A stretch of 63,675 nucleotides of DNA, the filler included, from Octopus bimaculoides (Eukaryota), in the NCBI RefSeq assembly GCF_001194135.2. It is 5 parts of 4 records of this genome, joined end to end, with 100 filler letters (N's around TTAATTAATTAA, not from the genome) between each part and the next. Parts side by side here need not be neighbours in the genome. Positions count along the whole stretch, not along the records: positions 14,763 to 27,208 come from NC_068989.1; positions 27,309 to 38,768 come from NC_068983.1; 3 more parts are not named here. One strand, 5' to 3'. The position numbers and the translations under genes were made by a program. The notes under the pieces are model-generated. The model was not told where the DNA came from. It did no database searches and saw only the letters and a program-made list of their open reading frames with translations. This document shows, one piece after another, positions 23,507 through 36,834 of this stretch (positions within the stretch are counted from its first letter, which is position 1; each line of letters starts with the position of its first letter).

Positions 23507-26054
23507 GGGCCTTGAATTACGTAATACAATATATCTTTTTCTTTTTCGAAGACAGCGGAGTATCATTTGATAGAGATTTGACTTCTATTTCTAGCACGGC
23601 TAATGCACTCATAAAGACTTTTGTTGTCGCTTCATAGCAGAGATCATCATTTATTTTTAAGTCATGTAATCATAACACTTTGATATAACAACGTAATCCC
23701 GATTTTAAAGATAATTGATAGATTATCTGTGACACTATACAATGTTGATATAAGAAATGTAGTCGAATGCAAATTCTAACATAAAATAAACTTTGAAAAG
23801 CAATCATTATCGGTACGAGATTTATCTGTACTTCGACCTTTCAAAAGGTGTCTTCCGTACTTGTTTACCAATCACCGAACGTTTTTAACAAATATGTAGA
23901 CTCGTTACAAATTTCTATTTAAATGTAGATTAGAAAACAAGCGACTATCACATCACAAGGATTTGTCAAACTTATATCTGTATAAAAGCAATGGAAGAAT
24001 TTCTAGTTAATGGCGTCTCGAAGATGATTTCAAAGTTACAGTTAAGCAAGTTGAGCGACTTCGTAGATAAACCGATAAAATATTTCTTTTTAAATATTTG
24101 TACATACTTGTACGAGTTGTGTATGTGTATGTGTGCGTGTAGATGTGTATGCGTCTGTGTGTGTGACAAAGAGATGCTGCACGTGTGCATTTGCTCGGAA
24201 GAGACAGCCTCTCTCCCGTTCTTTTCTTTCTCCTATGTTTAAATGGATGAATCCCCCAACCTGAGAAAACATGCGAAAGTATATTTTAGTTGCAAAAAGT
24301 GAAACCTTGTTACTCTCACTTCTAACAATTCAATGAGATAAAAAAATAAATAAATAAAACCAGAGAATCTTCAGAAATAAATGTTGTAGACTACCATTTC
24401 TTTTTTTTATCAAATTCTATCTTCTAAACGTAATTGTTATCGTTAAAGCAGATCTGCTGGAAAGTTGCATTCAAATGTCTTTCATCATGAACGGTCTGCT
24501 TAAAACAACGCTGTTTCCATTCTCGTCAGCTCAGCCTTTAAAAATATCATAGCAGAGCACACACGTAAACTAAATGCTTAGCATGAGAGATGCGGCTATT
24601 TCACTGCATATGAACACCATTTGCTCTTTATCTTTTAAACCAGAAATCTTTTGGCAAAAACTTTCATCGCACCAGAGAAGTTAAGGCTTCCACTTGTCCA
24701 TAATTCTAACCATTTTGGAACTTTATCTCTTACGCACTCTTTCGTAACGAACTTTTCATTGTTGCTTTCCTCATATTATTTATTCCTCCTCCACCCTTTA
24801 TTCTGCCTCCACCCTTTATTCCACCTGCGTTTTTCACACACCATTTACATTCACCTTATACATCTAATGTCATACTTACACGACGATCATGGGCAAGCAG
24901 TCTTAAAATGATATCTATATAAGAACACACTCATTTACGTACAACATACGGTCTTCATTTACAATATGTTTTACAAGAAAGCATATCCATAAGAGTCGTT
25001 ACCTCAGGACGAATACTGCAGCATATGGCCTGCCAACGGTGTATCTACATTAAATATTGCATAGATAGGTTTATTTTAATCTGAAACTGCCTCAATACAG
25101 TATATCCAACATGTGTGTATGTGTGTGTGTGTGTGTGTGTGTGTTTGCTAGAGTGTACGTGCATGTGTATGTGAGTGTGTGAACGCGTGTATGTATGCGT
25201 TTATATGTGTTAAAAAAGAGATGGAAATACTGGCAATTACGCATATATGTATCTGTGTGGTTGCGTATTAGTGTGTGCTTTGTAATATTGGACATGTCTG
25301 GCGAAATATCAAACAGATAAACTCATGGTATGAATTGATTTTCTTAACTTTTCAGAAATATTTTGCTTTAATATAACGTATATGATACATCATTATGTTA
25401 GTACATGATAGTATACTAAGAGTAACAACAAAACACTTCCATTACATTAAACAATTATTAACTGTGAACTATTTTATAAAGTAATTAACAATCGTGCTGT
25501 CTTTAAAAAAAAACATGAATTATTAAAATTTTACAATAATAACCGAAAATCTGCTTTGGCGCATGATTTTTTTTCCTTTCATGCTCACAGCTGTCGGTGG
25601 TGTATATAACGGATCTCACAATTAGTTAATCAAATAATCAATATTTATTTATCTCTGAAATAATGTGAGCCCCATGAAAACGTTCGCCCGCATGACCTTA
25701 GAGAAATAACAACCAAATCTCTTAATAACTACACCCTACTGGTTTTAATAACGATGTATACAATGGACATTATCATTACTAACATACAAAAATGTGCGGA
25801 TCAAAGCTCGCTCGCTTTTGATCATATGTATGTTCAATAAAGTCTGACCTGATGCATCATCATCATCATCATCATCATCGTCAACAACCACAGCAATCAG
25901 ATAATTTGCAGTATTATATATTCTTTGATATACGAACAGCAGACATACTGTGGTGGCCTTTTAACCAACCAACTGGCCGTTAAAACAATAATACCTATGA
26001 TAAATCAAGAGATCCCGCCCCTTATTGGCCACAAAAAGGGGTTTTGTGTCTAGT

Positions 26055-26245
26055 GTGAGTGACTGTGAGGTAAGAAGCTTGCTTCTCGACCACATGGCTC
26101 CGGGTTCTCGTTAGCATGTCAGGCAAAATGCTTGTAGACCCATTTTGAGGTCGATAAAATAAGTACCACTTGAGCACTGATGTCGATAGTATCAACTTAC
26201 TGTTCTCCAAAAATTGTTGGCTTTGTGATAAATTTGAAACCAATG
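26055..26245 (+). mobile_element. Chimeric SINE: family B head joined to family A body
   Basis: GAGTGACTGTGAGGTAAGAAGCTTGCTTC..CCACATGGCTCCGGGTTC, then TCGTTAGCATGTCAGGCAAAATGCTT..GGTCGATAAAATAAGTACC. Confidence 0.7.
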
Positions 26246-26771
26246 TTTATTCCGCCTGAGTTGTATAAAAAATCTCCTAGTCATTCTGCCATCAGAAATT
26301 CAGTGATTGACTGGTTGGAAAACAATCAGAAATGAAGTTATTATTCACAAAATATATGATAAGAAAAATATAACACACTGCTGCATGTCGTATTTAAATT
26401 TTCATGGTTATAGCTATCGCCATAATCTTCTTAAAGTATAACAAAGATTTTTTTGGCAAAAAGAAAAATATCAACGACATACCAACAAAGAGTAAAATTT
26501 ATGCAACGGTTGTATATGAGAAAATACTTCATTTCCTTATTTTAGTTTTATAAAGTTGATATTTTATTCAAACATTTTCTGATGGAAATTAATGCACATA
26601 TAGGTTTGGTTTCTTTTCAAACGCAATATATTTTCATTCAACTTTTAAGTATACGACATCTCAAATAAACTATAAAAGGTAATTAATTGTCTTTTCTCTG
26701 TTGTATTTCAATGGAATTACAAAAGCATTATTATAGCTGACAGCAAGAAAGAAGAAAATTATAGGATACTA

Positions 26772-26772
<1 letters not shown>

Positions 26773-26837
<65 letters not shown>

Positions 26838-26838
26838 G
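26773..26838. repeat. (TAA)n microsatellite
   Basis: Direct reading. Confidence 0.95.
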
Positions 26839-27175
26839 TAAATGCAACAACAATGCATTAAAACGCATTCATTGTAATAAAATAACTTAGTAGACACATC
26901 AAGGGAGAATGAGAGACATACAGAGAAACAGACTGACATACGTGTCTGTTGTCTGTTGTCTGTATGTGTAGCAGCATTGCAGGTAGAATATTTGGACCAT
27001 GATCATTGGGTCACGGGTTTGAGTCTTGGGCTCGTCCTTTGCAATGGGGACGCGTATGCACTCACAAATGCCTAAACACAAACAAAGGCCTGTAGGGTGA
27101 AAGTAAATTTTTAGACGTCTATGTGTAATTAATACATATACATTGACACACACAGAAACACACACACACAAACAT

Positions 27176-27208
<33 letters not shown>

Positions 27209-27308
27209 NNNNNNNNNNNNNNNNNNNNNNNNNNNNNNNNNNNNNNNNNNNNTTAATTAATTAANNNNNNNNNNNNNNNNNNNNNNNNNNNNNNNNNNNN
27301 NNNNNNNN
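27209..27308. other. Artificial 100-bp gap with TTAATTAATTAA linker
   Basis: 44 N + 12 + 44 N. Confidence 0.95.
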
Positions 27309-27324
27309 ATATATATATATATAT

Positions 27325-27440
27325 ACGACAGGCTTCTTTCAGTTTCCGTCTACCAAATCCACTCACAAGGCTTTGGTCGGCCCGAGGCTATAGTAGACGA
27401 CACTTGCCCAAGGTGCCACACAGTGGGACTGAACCCAGAA
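27325..27440 (-). mobile_element. SINE family B, 5' half
   Basis: TTCTTTCAGTTTCCGTCTACCAAATCCACTCACAAGGCTTTGGTCGGCCCGAGGCTATAG..TTGCCCAAGGTGCC..GTGGGACTGAACCC. Confidence 0.9.
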
Positions 27441-27589
27441 TATACATAGGTACATAGTTATATATATATCTACCTATCTATCTATATGTGTGTGTTTGTG
27501 TGTGTTTGTGTGTGCGTGCGTTTATGTGCGTGTATGTACACACACACACACACATACACACACACACATACACACATACCCGATGTCCA

Positions 27590-27715
27590 CCACTTTTTCG
27601 GTCAAATGGGCGACATCTATTTATTGACCTGACGTGCAGTGACTGAATATTCTCCAGGCACGTGTACTCTTAACGCAATTCTCAAGTAGATTCATCGTGC
27701 AACTTGGCTTGAGTT
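27590..27715 (+). mobile_element. Family E repeat, degenerate
   Basis: GTGCAGTGACTGAATATTCTCCAGGCACGTGTACTCTTAACG is similar to the reverse complement of 41770-41906. Confidence 0.45.
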
Positions 27716-28344
27716 TTAATTACACAAACACGCACATGCACATTACATAGGTGCATACATACATGTACATATACATAAGTTCTTATATACATATATACAT
27801 ACACACATGAAGTTTATATATAGAAATATATCATGATAATATTGACAAATGAACACGTATTCCCACATATATACAACACAGTGTGTTTCATACACAATAT
27901 ATAATTACCTATTTGCATACAATTTTTATGTCGGGCACTTTAGTTATCGTCATAAAAATTTAGAATATTCTTTCTCACAAAACGTGTGGATTGGCTTTTT
28001 TAATATTTTTTACTTTACTCATTTATTTGGATCGATAAGCACTTTGGAAATTCGTCCTCTCTGATCATAAGATTGTTTTGTCTGCCGTGATAATATTGTG
28101 TTGCCTTCCGATTACCTATTAGACTCTGCAATAAATTGGGTATGAGGTTAATATGATAATTATGAGAGATAAACTGAAATATCCCAAATCGTGAATGAAT
28201 GATTTAGAAAGAAATATCAAATACGAATTGCTACTTACCTATTAATTTTCAAATAAATCTTTTCTTGATTATTACTTGATATCCAGTTTCTTTGGTTTCT
28301 ATGTTCATATTAGATACAGTATATTATTTAATACTTAGGAAATG

Positions 28345-28595
28345 GATGGCGGAGAAATGGTAGAATCGTTAGCCCGCTGGGGAAAATGTTTAGCGGCAGA
28401 ATCGTTTGCACGCCGGGCAAAATGCTTAGCGCTAGTACTTCCGACGTTCTGAGTTCAAATGCTGTCGGAGTAGACTTTGCTTTCGTTCTTTCGAAGTCGA
28501 TAAAATAAGTACCAGCTGAATATTGGAGTCAATGTAATCAGCGACTACCCCCCCCTCTCCAAAATTGCTGGCCTTCAGTCAAAATTCGAAACCGA
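28345..28595 (+). mobile_element. SINE family A with tandemly duplicated A-box segment
   Basis: GGTAGAATCGTTAGCCCGCTGGGGAAAATGTTTAGC followed by GGCAGAATCGTTTGCACGCCGGGCAAAATGCTTAGC, then a normal body and tail. Confidence 0.85.
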
Positions 28596-28891
28596 TATTT
28601 AGGAAATATTTAGGAGTAAATATTTTGCGGTATTTAGTTACGTTCCTTTAGGTTCTCACTTCAAATCGAGCCAATAGGATTGACTATACATCTCTTCACT
28701 AAATTTGTAGCCTTTATGTTATGTGTTAAGTGCTGCTGGGATAATTTTATCCTTCCTGCTACTATAATACACCAGTCACGTACTGGCGTCGATACAGTTG
28801 GCTCTCCCCACCATATTTGTAATTATATATCTGTATAAGAAAATCTTAAAAGGGCGGTGGATTGTAAGAATTGTTACAATATTGGATAAAA

Positions 28892-29230
28892 GGCGCAGAC
28901 CTGACTGTGTGATATGAAGCTTGCTTCCCAACCAAATGGCTTCGGGTTCAGTCCCACAGCGTAGCACATTGTGCAAGAATATAACCTCGGGCCGATTAAA
29001 GCCTTGTGAGTGGATTTGGCAGACAGAAACTGAAAGTATCCTGTCATGTGTGTGTGTGTATGTGTATGTGTGTGTGTGTGTGTGGTGTGTGTCTTTGTGT
29101 CAGTGTGTGCTTGTGTGTATATCTTTGTATCTGTGTTAGTCCGTCACCACCGCTTGGCAACTAAAAATTCTTGAAAGCAGTACTCCAGCATGACGGCAGC
29201 CTAACGACTGAAGCAAGTAAAATGTAAAGT
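28892..29230 (+). mobile_element. SINE family B with internal (GT)n
   Basis: GGCGCAGACCTGACTGTGTG..AGCTTGCTTCCCAACC..GGGTTCAGTCCCAC..AAAGCCTTGTGAGTGGATTTGG..(GT)n..CTCCAGCATGAC..CTGAAGCAAGTAAAA. Confidence 0.85.
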
Positions 29231-30314
29231 GTCTCGCAGTTTTTGTTCCTTACGTTCTGAGTTCCAATCACACCGATATCAAATCGCTTTAAAAAATCAG
29301 TCACATACTGAGATCGATGTAATCGACTGAGTAGCCATGTCCCTATATAAAGAACTATTATTTGGGCGGTGGATTGACATAATTGTGAGAGCAACTAATA
29401 CTTTGAAAATGTCTTGAATCGATTAAAATGCCTTGAAGCGATTGTTCCAGGTCATTACTAACGGTCTTCCAATCTCACTGAGTCTTCCAGGGTCGATGAA
29501 GTAAGACACCAGTCCAGTACTGGAGGTCATGGAGGTCCTGTGCCTGTATTACAGACCATTACAACGTGGTGAACAAACAGAATTGAAGCAGATATATATT
29601 CAGTTATTCCGTTATATCAATTCTTGCAGTGTATATTGTACATTATTATCAAAACGTTTCCCATAATTGTTGTGCTATATTTGGTTACCCTTTATTAAAC
29701 GCAGTCTTACTAAATCGTAGTTATCAAATTTTCCAGGTAACGAGATCTGAGCAAATTTTCTACTCATCCATAATCCAAGAAACTTCATAGATTTTGTCTT
29801 CTCTAAGTTAATCTATACAAGGAGCAGATCTCTGTTTTAATAATATTCATATTTGCTATACAGAAACGGGATAGAAGTTCTTTGTATATGTGTGTTCGTA
29901 TGCATTTGTACATACGTGTATGTATCCATGCTTACTATCGGAGTCCCAATCCCACTTACTCAGGTTTTAAAAAGTCAGTGTCCTTATATGTTTTCATATG
30001 TTTTCCCGTTATGCTCGAAAACTTAGCATTTCAACAAACTGAAATAAGTAACTGGTTGGTATAATCGACTCGATCCCTTGAATAAATGGAATAACTGGAA
30101 CAAAAAATAAAGAAAAGAAAAAAAGAATGAGAATATTTCGATACATCACTGCAAGTTAACCGAAATAATTTTATACTTACGACTGCCGTTTCTACTGATC
30201 TGTGCGAATCAATAATGTAGTTATTCGATGCGGAATGAAATGAATCAATGATACCCAGTTATCTGGAAGACAGCTATAGTACTGTGGCCAAAGCAGAAAG
30301 ATCTACTGATCTAA

Positions 30315-30605
30315 CAAGCGGACCTCCGTATGGTCATTAGACCTGCTAAAAATAGCAGCCAGGTATTCTTCAAATCATAAACTTTCCGATTAGGGGTCAA
30401 TGTGTGTGCTTTCCCAGCTAAAAATAGTTGCCAAATTTACCTCAGATCTTATCCTACCGTCTTTAATAAAGAACAAATTTGTTAAATGCTCTGAGTTTCC
30501 TGTGCATATGAAAAAGACAGAAGAGTCATGACTGAAGTGACTTTGATTGTAAGTTTGCTGTGTTCATGCTAACCTGGGGCTGAATAACAGCAACAACACC
30601 AACAA
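30315..30605 (+). mobile_element. SINE family F body/tail, partly duplicated
   Basis: GCGGACCTCC..GGTCATTAGACCTGCTAAAAATAGCAGCC, a repeated GCTAAAAATAGTTGCCAAA segment, and a GCTAACCTGGGGCTGAATAACAGCAACAAC tail. Confidence 0.6.
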
Positions 30606-31799
30606 TGGTCAATTGGCTCTTGGGCGAACAACGAACATCTTCCCCACTCGTTTCTCTGCACATTTTTACCTCTTTATATTCCAGTTTTTATATATTTTTG
30701 GTATGAATCAACTAACGGGCAGTTTTTACTCGTAAAAAAAATGACGAAAAGTTGTATGTTAGGACAAAAATAGAAGACAGCTGTTGCTTTCAGATTAATT
30801 CTTTGAACAAACTTCAAACGATTCTTTGTTGTTTGTAATTCACATACTCTCCTATACATCAACTAAAACTTGACTAAGAATTTTGGCAACCAGTATTTAC
30901 TTTCAAGTCTCTAACCAACCCACTCTAGTTTTTTTTTTTTTAAATGAGACATTTAGCCATTTATAACACTGACAATTTTTACAATCGAATTAATAATTGT
31001 CCATGTAAACGGCTCCAGTGTGTGCGCTTTTGTCTTAACTGGATGAAACCAGCTTTCATATTTTTCTCTTATTTATATTTGTAAGAGTGTACTTTACGAG
31101 ATGTATTTATTTTTTTAATATACTTTATATTATATGTAAGTTGTATGTGTTTGCTCATGTATTTATTCTTTTTATGGATGCATAATTCGTCTTTATATTG
31201 ATGTGTTTGATAAAGTAGTTGCTTGGGGTATTGCTTTGACATTTATATTTTTGCTAATTAATTTCCATTCAAAGCTATGCTTAGCCACAGTTTTCTCCTT
31301 ATTTAGAAATATTATTTATCATATATATATTTTGATCATTTTCACACACACACACACACACACAAAAGCCATCTAAAGATCCATTCTAGATGCAGTACCT
31401 CTGAAAACTGAAAATAACGTATTAACAATAAAACAGCGACAGCAGTTATATTAACAGCTATCTCAAGTTGGCTTTCAAATTTATCACTTGCTATTCTTTG
31501 CATAAAAGGCATAGTAATGTGAGTACGATAATGATTTCACTGATAGCTATGATTTCTACGTCCTGTGACTTGATGTCACTTAGAAGATAACCTTTTTTTC
31601 AAGCTGACGCCAAGCCACGTACATTTACACAACCTAATTTAAGCATAATTTTGTCGAAAATGTAAAGAGACGAGAGAGAAGGTTACTTACTCATTTCGAA
31701 AGTTTTTCATTCCTCCTCCTTTGAAGTGTCTTGGAGGAGGTCTTTAAATATTTTTTTAGATAGGAATTTTTGGAACCCCCTACCGCATTTGGATAGAGG

Positions 31800-32270
31800 G
31801 ATTTGAGTGTGTGGTGCTGTGTTTGTGTCATGTGTATTATTTTAATATGTTCTGGTGGTGTTGTTTGTGGGTGATTGTTATTTTTGAAGTCATCTTCACA
31901 TATGTTTGTGTAAGATGCGATAATACTTCATTAGTTTTGTGTCTTTTGTGTTTATAGCAGAGAGCATTGTATGCGTTTTTGTGGTGTTGGTGCTAGTTTG
32001 GTTCTGTAAGGCGCTTTCAGGGAATGTGTACCTCCCTGCTTTGCTTGTGTTTGATTTTGTCTTATTTTTAAAAAATCTTTTTCTTTTACCCCATGTGGCT
32101 ATTTGCCATTCTACTGGACTTTCATCGTTAGACGAAAAGTCCGACGGATCAGAAGGTGGTAAGGGCAAGGCATCTGGTTCTATGTGTGTACTGTTAGACG
32201 TTGTTGTGTTGTGTGGTGTGTGTGTGTTGTTGGGGAATTAGGGTTAGTATTTGTTTTTTCTTCATTGATA
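31800..32270 (-). mobile_element. Probable LINE 5'/ORF1-like relic
   Basis: Minus ORF PLPPSDPSDFSSNDESPVEWQIATWGKRKRFFKNKTKS... begins just after a (CTAT)n/(CTAC)n tract. No diagnostic domain. Confidence 0.35.
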
Positions 32271-32272
32271 TA

Positions 32273-32346
32273 GGTAGGGAGGTAGGTAGGGAGGTAGGTA
32301 GGTAGGTAGGTAGGTAGGTAGGTAGGTAGGTAGGTAGGTAGGTAGG

Positions 32347-32377
<31 letters not shown>

Positions 32378-32378
32378 T
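32273..32378. repeat. (TAGG)n/(TAGA)n compound tetranucleotide repeat
   Basis: Direct reading. Confidence 0.95.
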
Positions 32379-32732
32379 AACAGAGCAAACTTATATGGAG
32401 GACAGAAACACGGAAAATCAATGAGGATTTACAAAACTGACAGCTCTTTCTGAAGGCTCAGAGTAACTTCATAATGTTAGTAGATGTAGTCCACAAAATT
32501 ATATGCAACGAGTAATGGAAACAAATAAACATTGGATAGATCTGTCTTCATGGTAGGGAAATAAAAATAACATTTCAGTCTTTGTTTTCTCTCTATTTAC
32601 ATATATACATGTATATATATTTTGTACATTTAACGTGAGCAGTGTTATTTGTTTATTTTCATCATCTCTCTATATATATTTAGGTACACACACACAAACG
32701 CACATGATATACATGCATACTTACATACAGTC

Positions 32733-32783
<51 letters not shown>

Positions 32784-33707
32784 NNNNNNNNNNNNNNNNT
32801 ATACTTACACACACACATACATACATATATACAGACATATATATATACATACATATACATTAAGAAGAACTTTGATTAGAATTGCTCTTGATATTCCTGT
32901 CTCGCTACTTAAGGCATACTATTTGTGGGGTCACACCATCTATTGTAATCCTTCTATTATTCTTTCAAGAATAATGTGGCTGCTATTTCTTAAAAAATCT
33001 AGGACCAACATAGGGGCTTCTCTTTAAGTCCCATGTCCATGTGTTTTATGAATCGAGAAAGTATAGCTAAAATGGAATGCTCCAATAAATGTACAATAAA
33101 AAGTGGATCAAATCTAATATATTCTCTAATCCTAATGCATTCCATTTTCCATCTATTGTTTGTTTTCATTGCGAATTTAAGCAGTGGTTGAATAGATGTG
33201 TAAAGTCCATAGCTAGTGGTGGCGGGGCGGACGGTTGTATGATATCTCATACTTTCATTTATAAAGCACCGCTACTATTATGTATTAGGCTACATGTCTT
33301 ATCATGGCGTGTATGTAACATATTTCTAAAGCTTGCCGATTGAATTTATGAAATCACATTTAGTTGAAAGCCATATTAACAGTTTTTTGGGTTTTTTTTT
33401 TATTCAATATCGATTTCATAGTATCAAAAAAAATTCTTCCTATTTATTAACAACAATACTATAACTATGATAATTCTATACGTATGAGCGAAATTCTCAG
33501 ATCTGTTTGAGATACAAAAATATTGGATTTAAGACGAGTTATTTTCAAACAACAGAAACTGTAAACAGGGAACTGAGGGAACCATTCTGGGAGAACGATT
33601 CTCTATCCAGGATAGGATTGAACATATTAGACGCAGGCCCAGTTTCAGTCGACTTCCAAATCTAGCGACTGGAATCAGTGAAGATGTATATGTGTGTGTA
33701 TGTGTGT

Positions 33708-33785
<78 letters not shown>

Positions 33786-33789
33786 AGGG

Positions 33790-34125
33790 TAGGTACTCCC
33801 TTAGGTCATGAAAGACCATGGGATTGCACCACAAAAGCTCCCCTCCGAGGCACAAGTCCGGGCAAGGTTGCTTATGGAAGACCAGCAGTCGCCCATGCAT
33901 ACTAGATTCCCTTCTCCTTGACACCGATGTTATCCAAGGGAAAGGCAAAGGTCGATAAACCTTGGCACCAATGACGTCGCAACTCATTTCAACAACTGAG
34001 TGGACTGGAGCAACGTGAAATAAAGTATCCTTCTCAAGAACACTACACACAACCCGGTCTGTTCCTGGAATCGAACTCACTCCCTCATGATTGTGAGCCC
34101 TACGCTCTACCCACTGAGCCATGTG
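33790..34125 (-). mobile_element. tRNA-derived SINE family C, full length
   Basis: Minus strand GGCTCAGTGGGTAGAGCGTAGGGCTCACAATCATGAGGGAGTGAGTTCGATTCC (A/B boxes), then TTCTTGAGAAGGATACTTTATTTCACGTTGCTCCAG core and a unique tail. Confidence 0.9.
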
Positions 34126-34214
34126 ACTTCATATGTGTGTGTATGCATGTATATATATGTGTATGTATGTATGTATGTATGTATGTATGTATGTATATAT
34201 TCATATTTTTGTTT

Positions 34215-34622
34215 TTCCTTCTTTCAGTCACCGGACGGCAGCTATGTTAGGGTACCTTGAATGGTTTTAGTTCAATGAAACGAACTAAATATTTATTTTC
34301 AAAGCCTTGTACTTATTCTATCGTTCTGTTTTGCCAAATCGCTAAGTTACGAGACGTAAGCAAACCAAAACCAGTTTTTTTAACTGGCGATGGGAGACAA
34401 ACACAAATACAAATACGCAAACATACGCATACATACATATATATANNNNNNNNNNNNNNNNNNNNNNNNNNNNNNNNNNNNNNNNNNNNNNNNNNNNNNN
34501 NNNNNNNNNNCATGTATGTATATATGTGTATATATATACACACACACATATATTTATATATATATATATACATATATAAGTATATATATGTATCTATATA
34601 TGTGTACATCTATATACATACA

Positions 34623-34665
<43 letters not shown>

Positions 34666-34712
34666 GACGGGTTCTCTTCAATTTCTCTCTACTATTCACA
34701 AGTCTTTCGTCG
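34215..34712 (-). mobile_element. SINE family B spanning its internal microsatellite and a gap
   Basis: 3' half at 34215-34420 (GTACTTATTCTATCG..CGCTAAGTTACG); 5' remnant at 34663-34712 (ACGACGGGTTCTCTTCAATTTC..CACAAGTCTTT). Confidence 0.75.
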
Positions 34713-35544
34713 GCCATATTTTAATGTCACATAATCAGTGTCCTTAATATACGCTTGAGATTCAACTCTGTTGTTGGTTTAGAAAGTAACCATCTGATGG
34801 GCAATTCTCATAAATTCTGTTGTTACAGAAGTAGCATTGGCCAGCTGTTCGCCTATTTTACGTTCAGCGTTGACGCGCTATAGCGTGTGATATAAAGCTG
34901 AAATTCTTACCAACTAAAGATCTAAGGTTACCACAGTTCCTATTTAACATCTTGATATACTTATGCCCTGTGTGTTAAATCTCAATGGTTGTATGCATGT
35001 TAAGGTTCACAAGTCTGTTACAACGGATTTTCCGTTGTCACGAGATCTTGCCACCAGCATTCGAAACAAGGGCTTTATGTACATTTCTTTTGATATTTGT
35101 CAAATCTTTATTATCATTAGAAGTTGCAAGGACTGTGATGCAATTTATGTTTTTTCTATGAATTGCATTTTGGTTTTCTTGAGTGTTGTATATTTATATA
35201 TTATATTTTACTGTATGGATAGGAATTATTTTTTGCCATGCATCGTATACATTCGATCAAAAAGCACCAGTATTTTTTTATGAACAAATTTATGGTTCCG
35301 ATGTTTATATTCCAAAAAAATATCGACCTCGGTAGCGTATCTAGTAAGCATTAATTTTTTTCCATCAATACTTCTCTACTAATCTCACATTTTTTTAGTA
35401 TATTTATATATGTTTTTTTTTTACCTGTATTGCATCTTTCTGGTTGTATTTCTTTTCCTTGATGTATTTCCGGCTACCTGTAAACTAAGATATCTGTTCA
35501 ACTCATTATTTTTCAGTTAGATTTTCACTATGTGCAAATTCATG

Positions 35545-35820
35545 TGAATGCGGGTATTTGCTTCACAATCGCATAGTTCCGGGTTCAGTCCCACAACGTG
35601 ATATCTTAGTATGTATAGGTGTGTATGTATTTATGTGTGTCTTTGTTTTTTTCCCATCACTACTTAACAACAGGCGATGTCTTGTTTACATCTCCGAAAC
35701 TTAGTAGTTCGGCATAAGAGACCGATAGAATAAGTACCAGGGTCAATTTGTTCGACCAAACCCTTTAAGGTGGTGCTTCAATATGGCCACAGTCGAATAA
35801 CTGAAACAAATAAAAGATGA
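35545..35820 (+). mobile_element. SINE family B, internally deleted
   Basis: CCGGGTTCAGTCCCAC..GTTCGGCATAAGAGACCGATAGAATAAGTACC..GGTGCTTCAATATGGCCACAGTC..CTGAAACAAATAAAAG. Confidence 0.8.
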
Positions 35821-36012
35821 TATATAGAAGAAAGATATGTGTGAGCATATTTGTGCGTGTGTGTAGTTTTACTGACAGGCGCAAAAACAGAGTCGAAAAG
35901 GTGGGTAGAAAACGGGTAGATGGACTAAGATAAACTGTGGGATCAATAGAAAAACATATAATGCTATATGTAAAAAGTACATAAATATACTGTAATTATG
36001 TATGTGTTATAG

Positions 36013-36051
<39 letters not shown>

Positions 36052-36654
36052 CACGCGCGCGTAATAGTCAAGATGGAAGGCAGTACACATGATCCCTTAC
36101 AAAGCCCCCGAGACTGATGGGAGGGCGAGATGAAGGTATCATCATGGTCCAAATGCTTGCGTGAGAGTGGTCTCTGGGAAAGATACACAACGTATCGTGC
36201 GTTGGAATTAAAACGGGAGGCGGTTTATCAGTTCAATATGTCAATGGAAGATTTAAACTTAGAATGCAAATCAGCTGGTCCAAAGTTCTTACAGTTCCTC
36301 CCATCCACCGCTATGTTTTATCGACCCCCGAAAGAGTAATATAAAAGAAACTTTCAGTACTTGGATTCGTATCTACTGAGATCGTTAAAATGTGCTCGCT
36401 GATTACGTTAACTGTCTTATAACAGAATCCGTTGTGTAGCCATTTATATTTCACACAATAGATAATCCAATATCACTGTAGGAATCGAACTCTTGAAGGT
36501 AGAATCTCTCCAGAAGTCTTAGATGTAAAAACTTATGAATTTACAAAATTAAGCCCCATCCTACAATCCGATAGTTGCATAAAACAATTCCTAGATTTAA
36601 TCTCAAAAGAATAATTGCAATTAGTAATAAAATGATATCATATCAATTAGTTAT

Positions 36655-36834
36655 TTCAAATTTTGGCACAAGACCAGCAATTTCGGGGGTAGGAGTAAGT
36701 CAATTACGTTGACCCCAAACAGACGAAAGGCAAAATCAACCTTGGCAGAATTAGAACTCAGAACACGAAGACGGACAAAATACCGTTAAGCATTTCGGCC
36801 GGGGCGCTAACGATTCTGCCAATTTGCTTCCTTA
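36655..36834 (-). mobile_element. SINE family A, internally deleted
   Basis: AAAGGCAAAATCAACCTTGGCAGAATTAGAACTCAGAAC..TAAGCATTTCGGCCGGGGCGCTAACGATTCTGCC. Confidence 0.85.

Noticed and set aside
26012-26032. Adjacent GC-box and CCAAT-like motif (CCCGCCCCTTATTGG)
   Set aside because: It resembles a decayed SINE tail and directly precedes a SINE; no other promoter evidence.
30181-30262. Minus-strand AG/GTAAGT-bounded segment
   Set aside because: Stops in all three frames and no partner exons.
33529-34122. 197-aa minus-strand ORF starting MAQWVERRAHNH
   Set aside because: It is a translation of SINE family C (tRNA head) plus a microsatellite.
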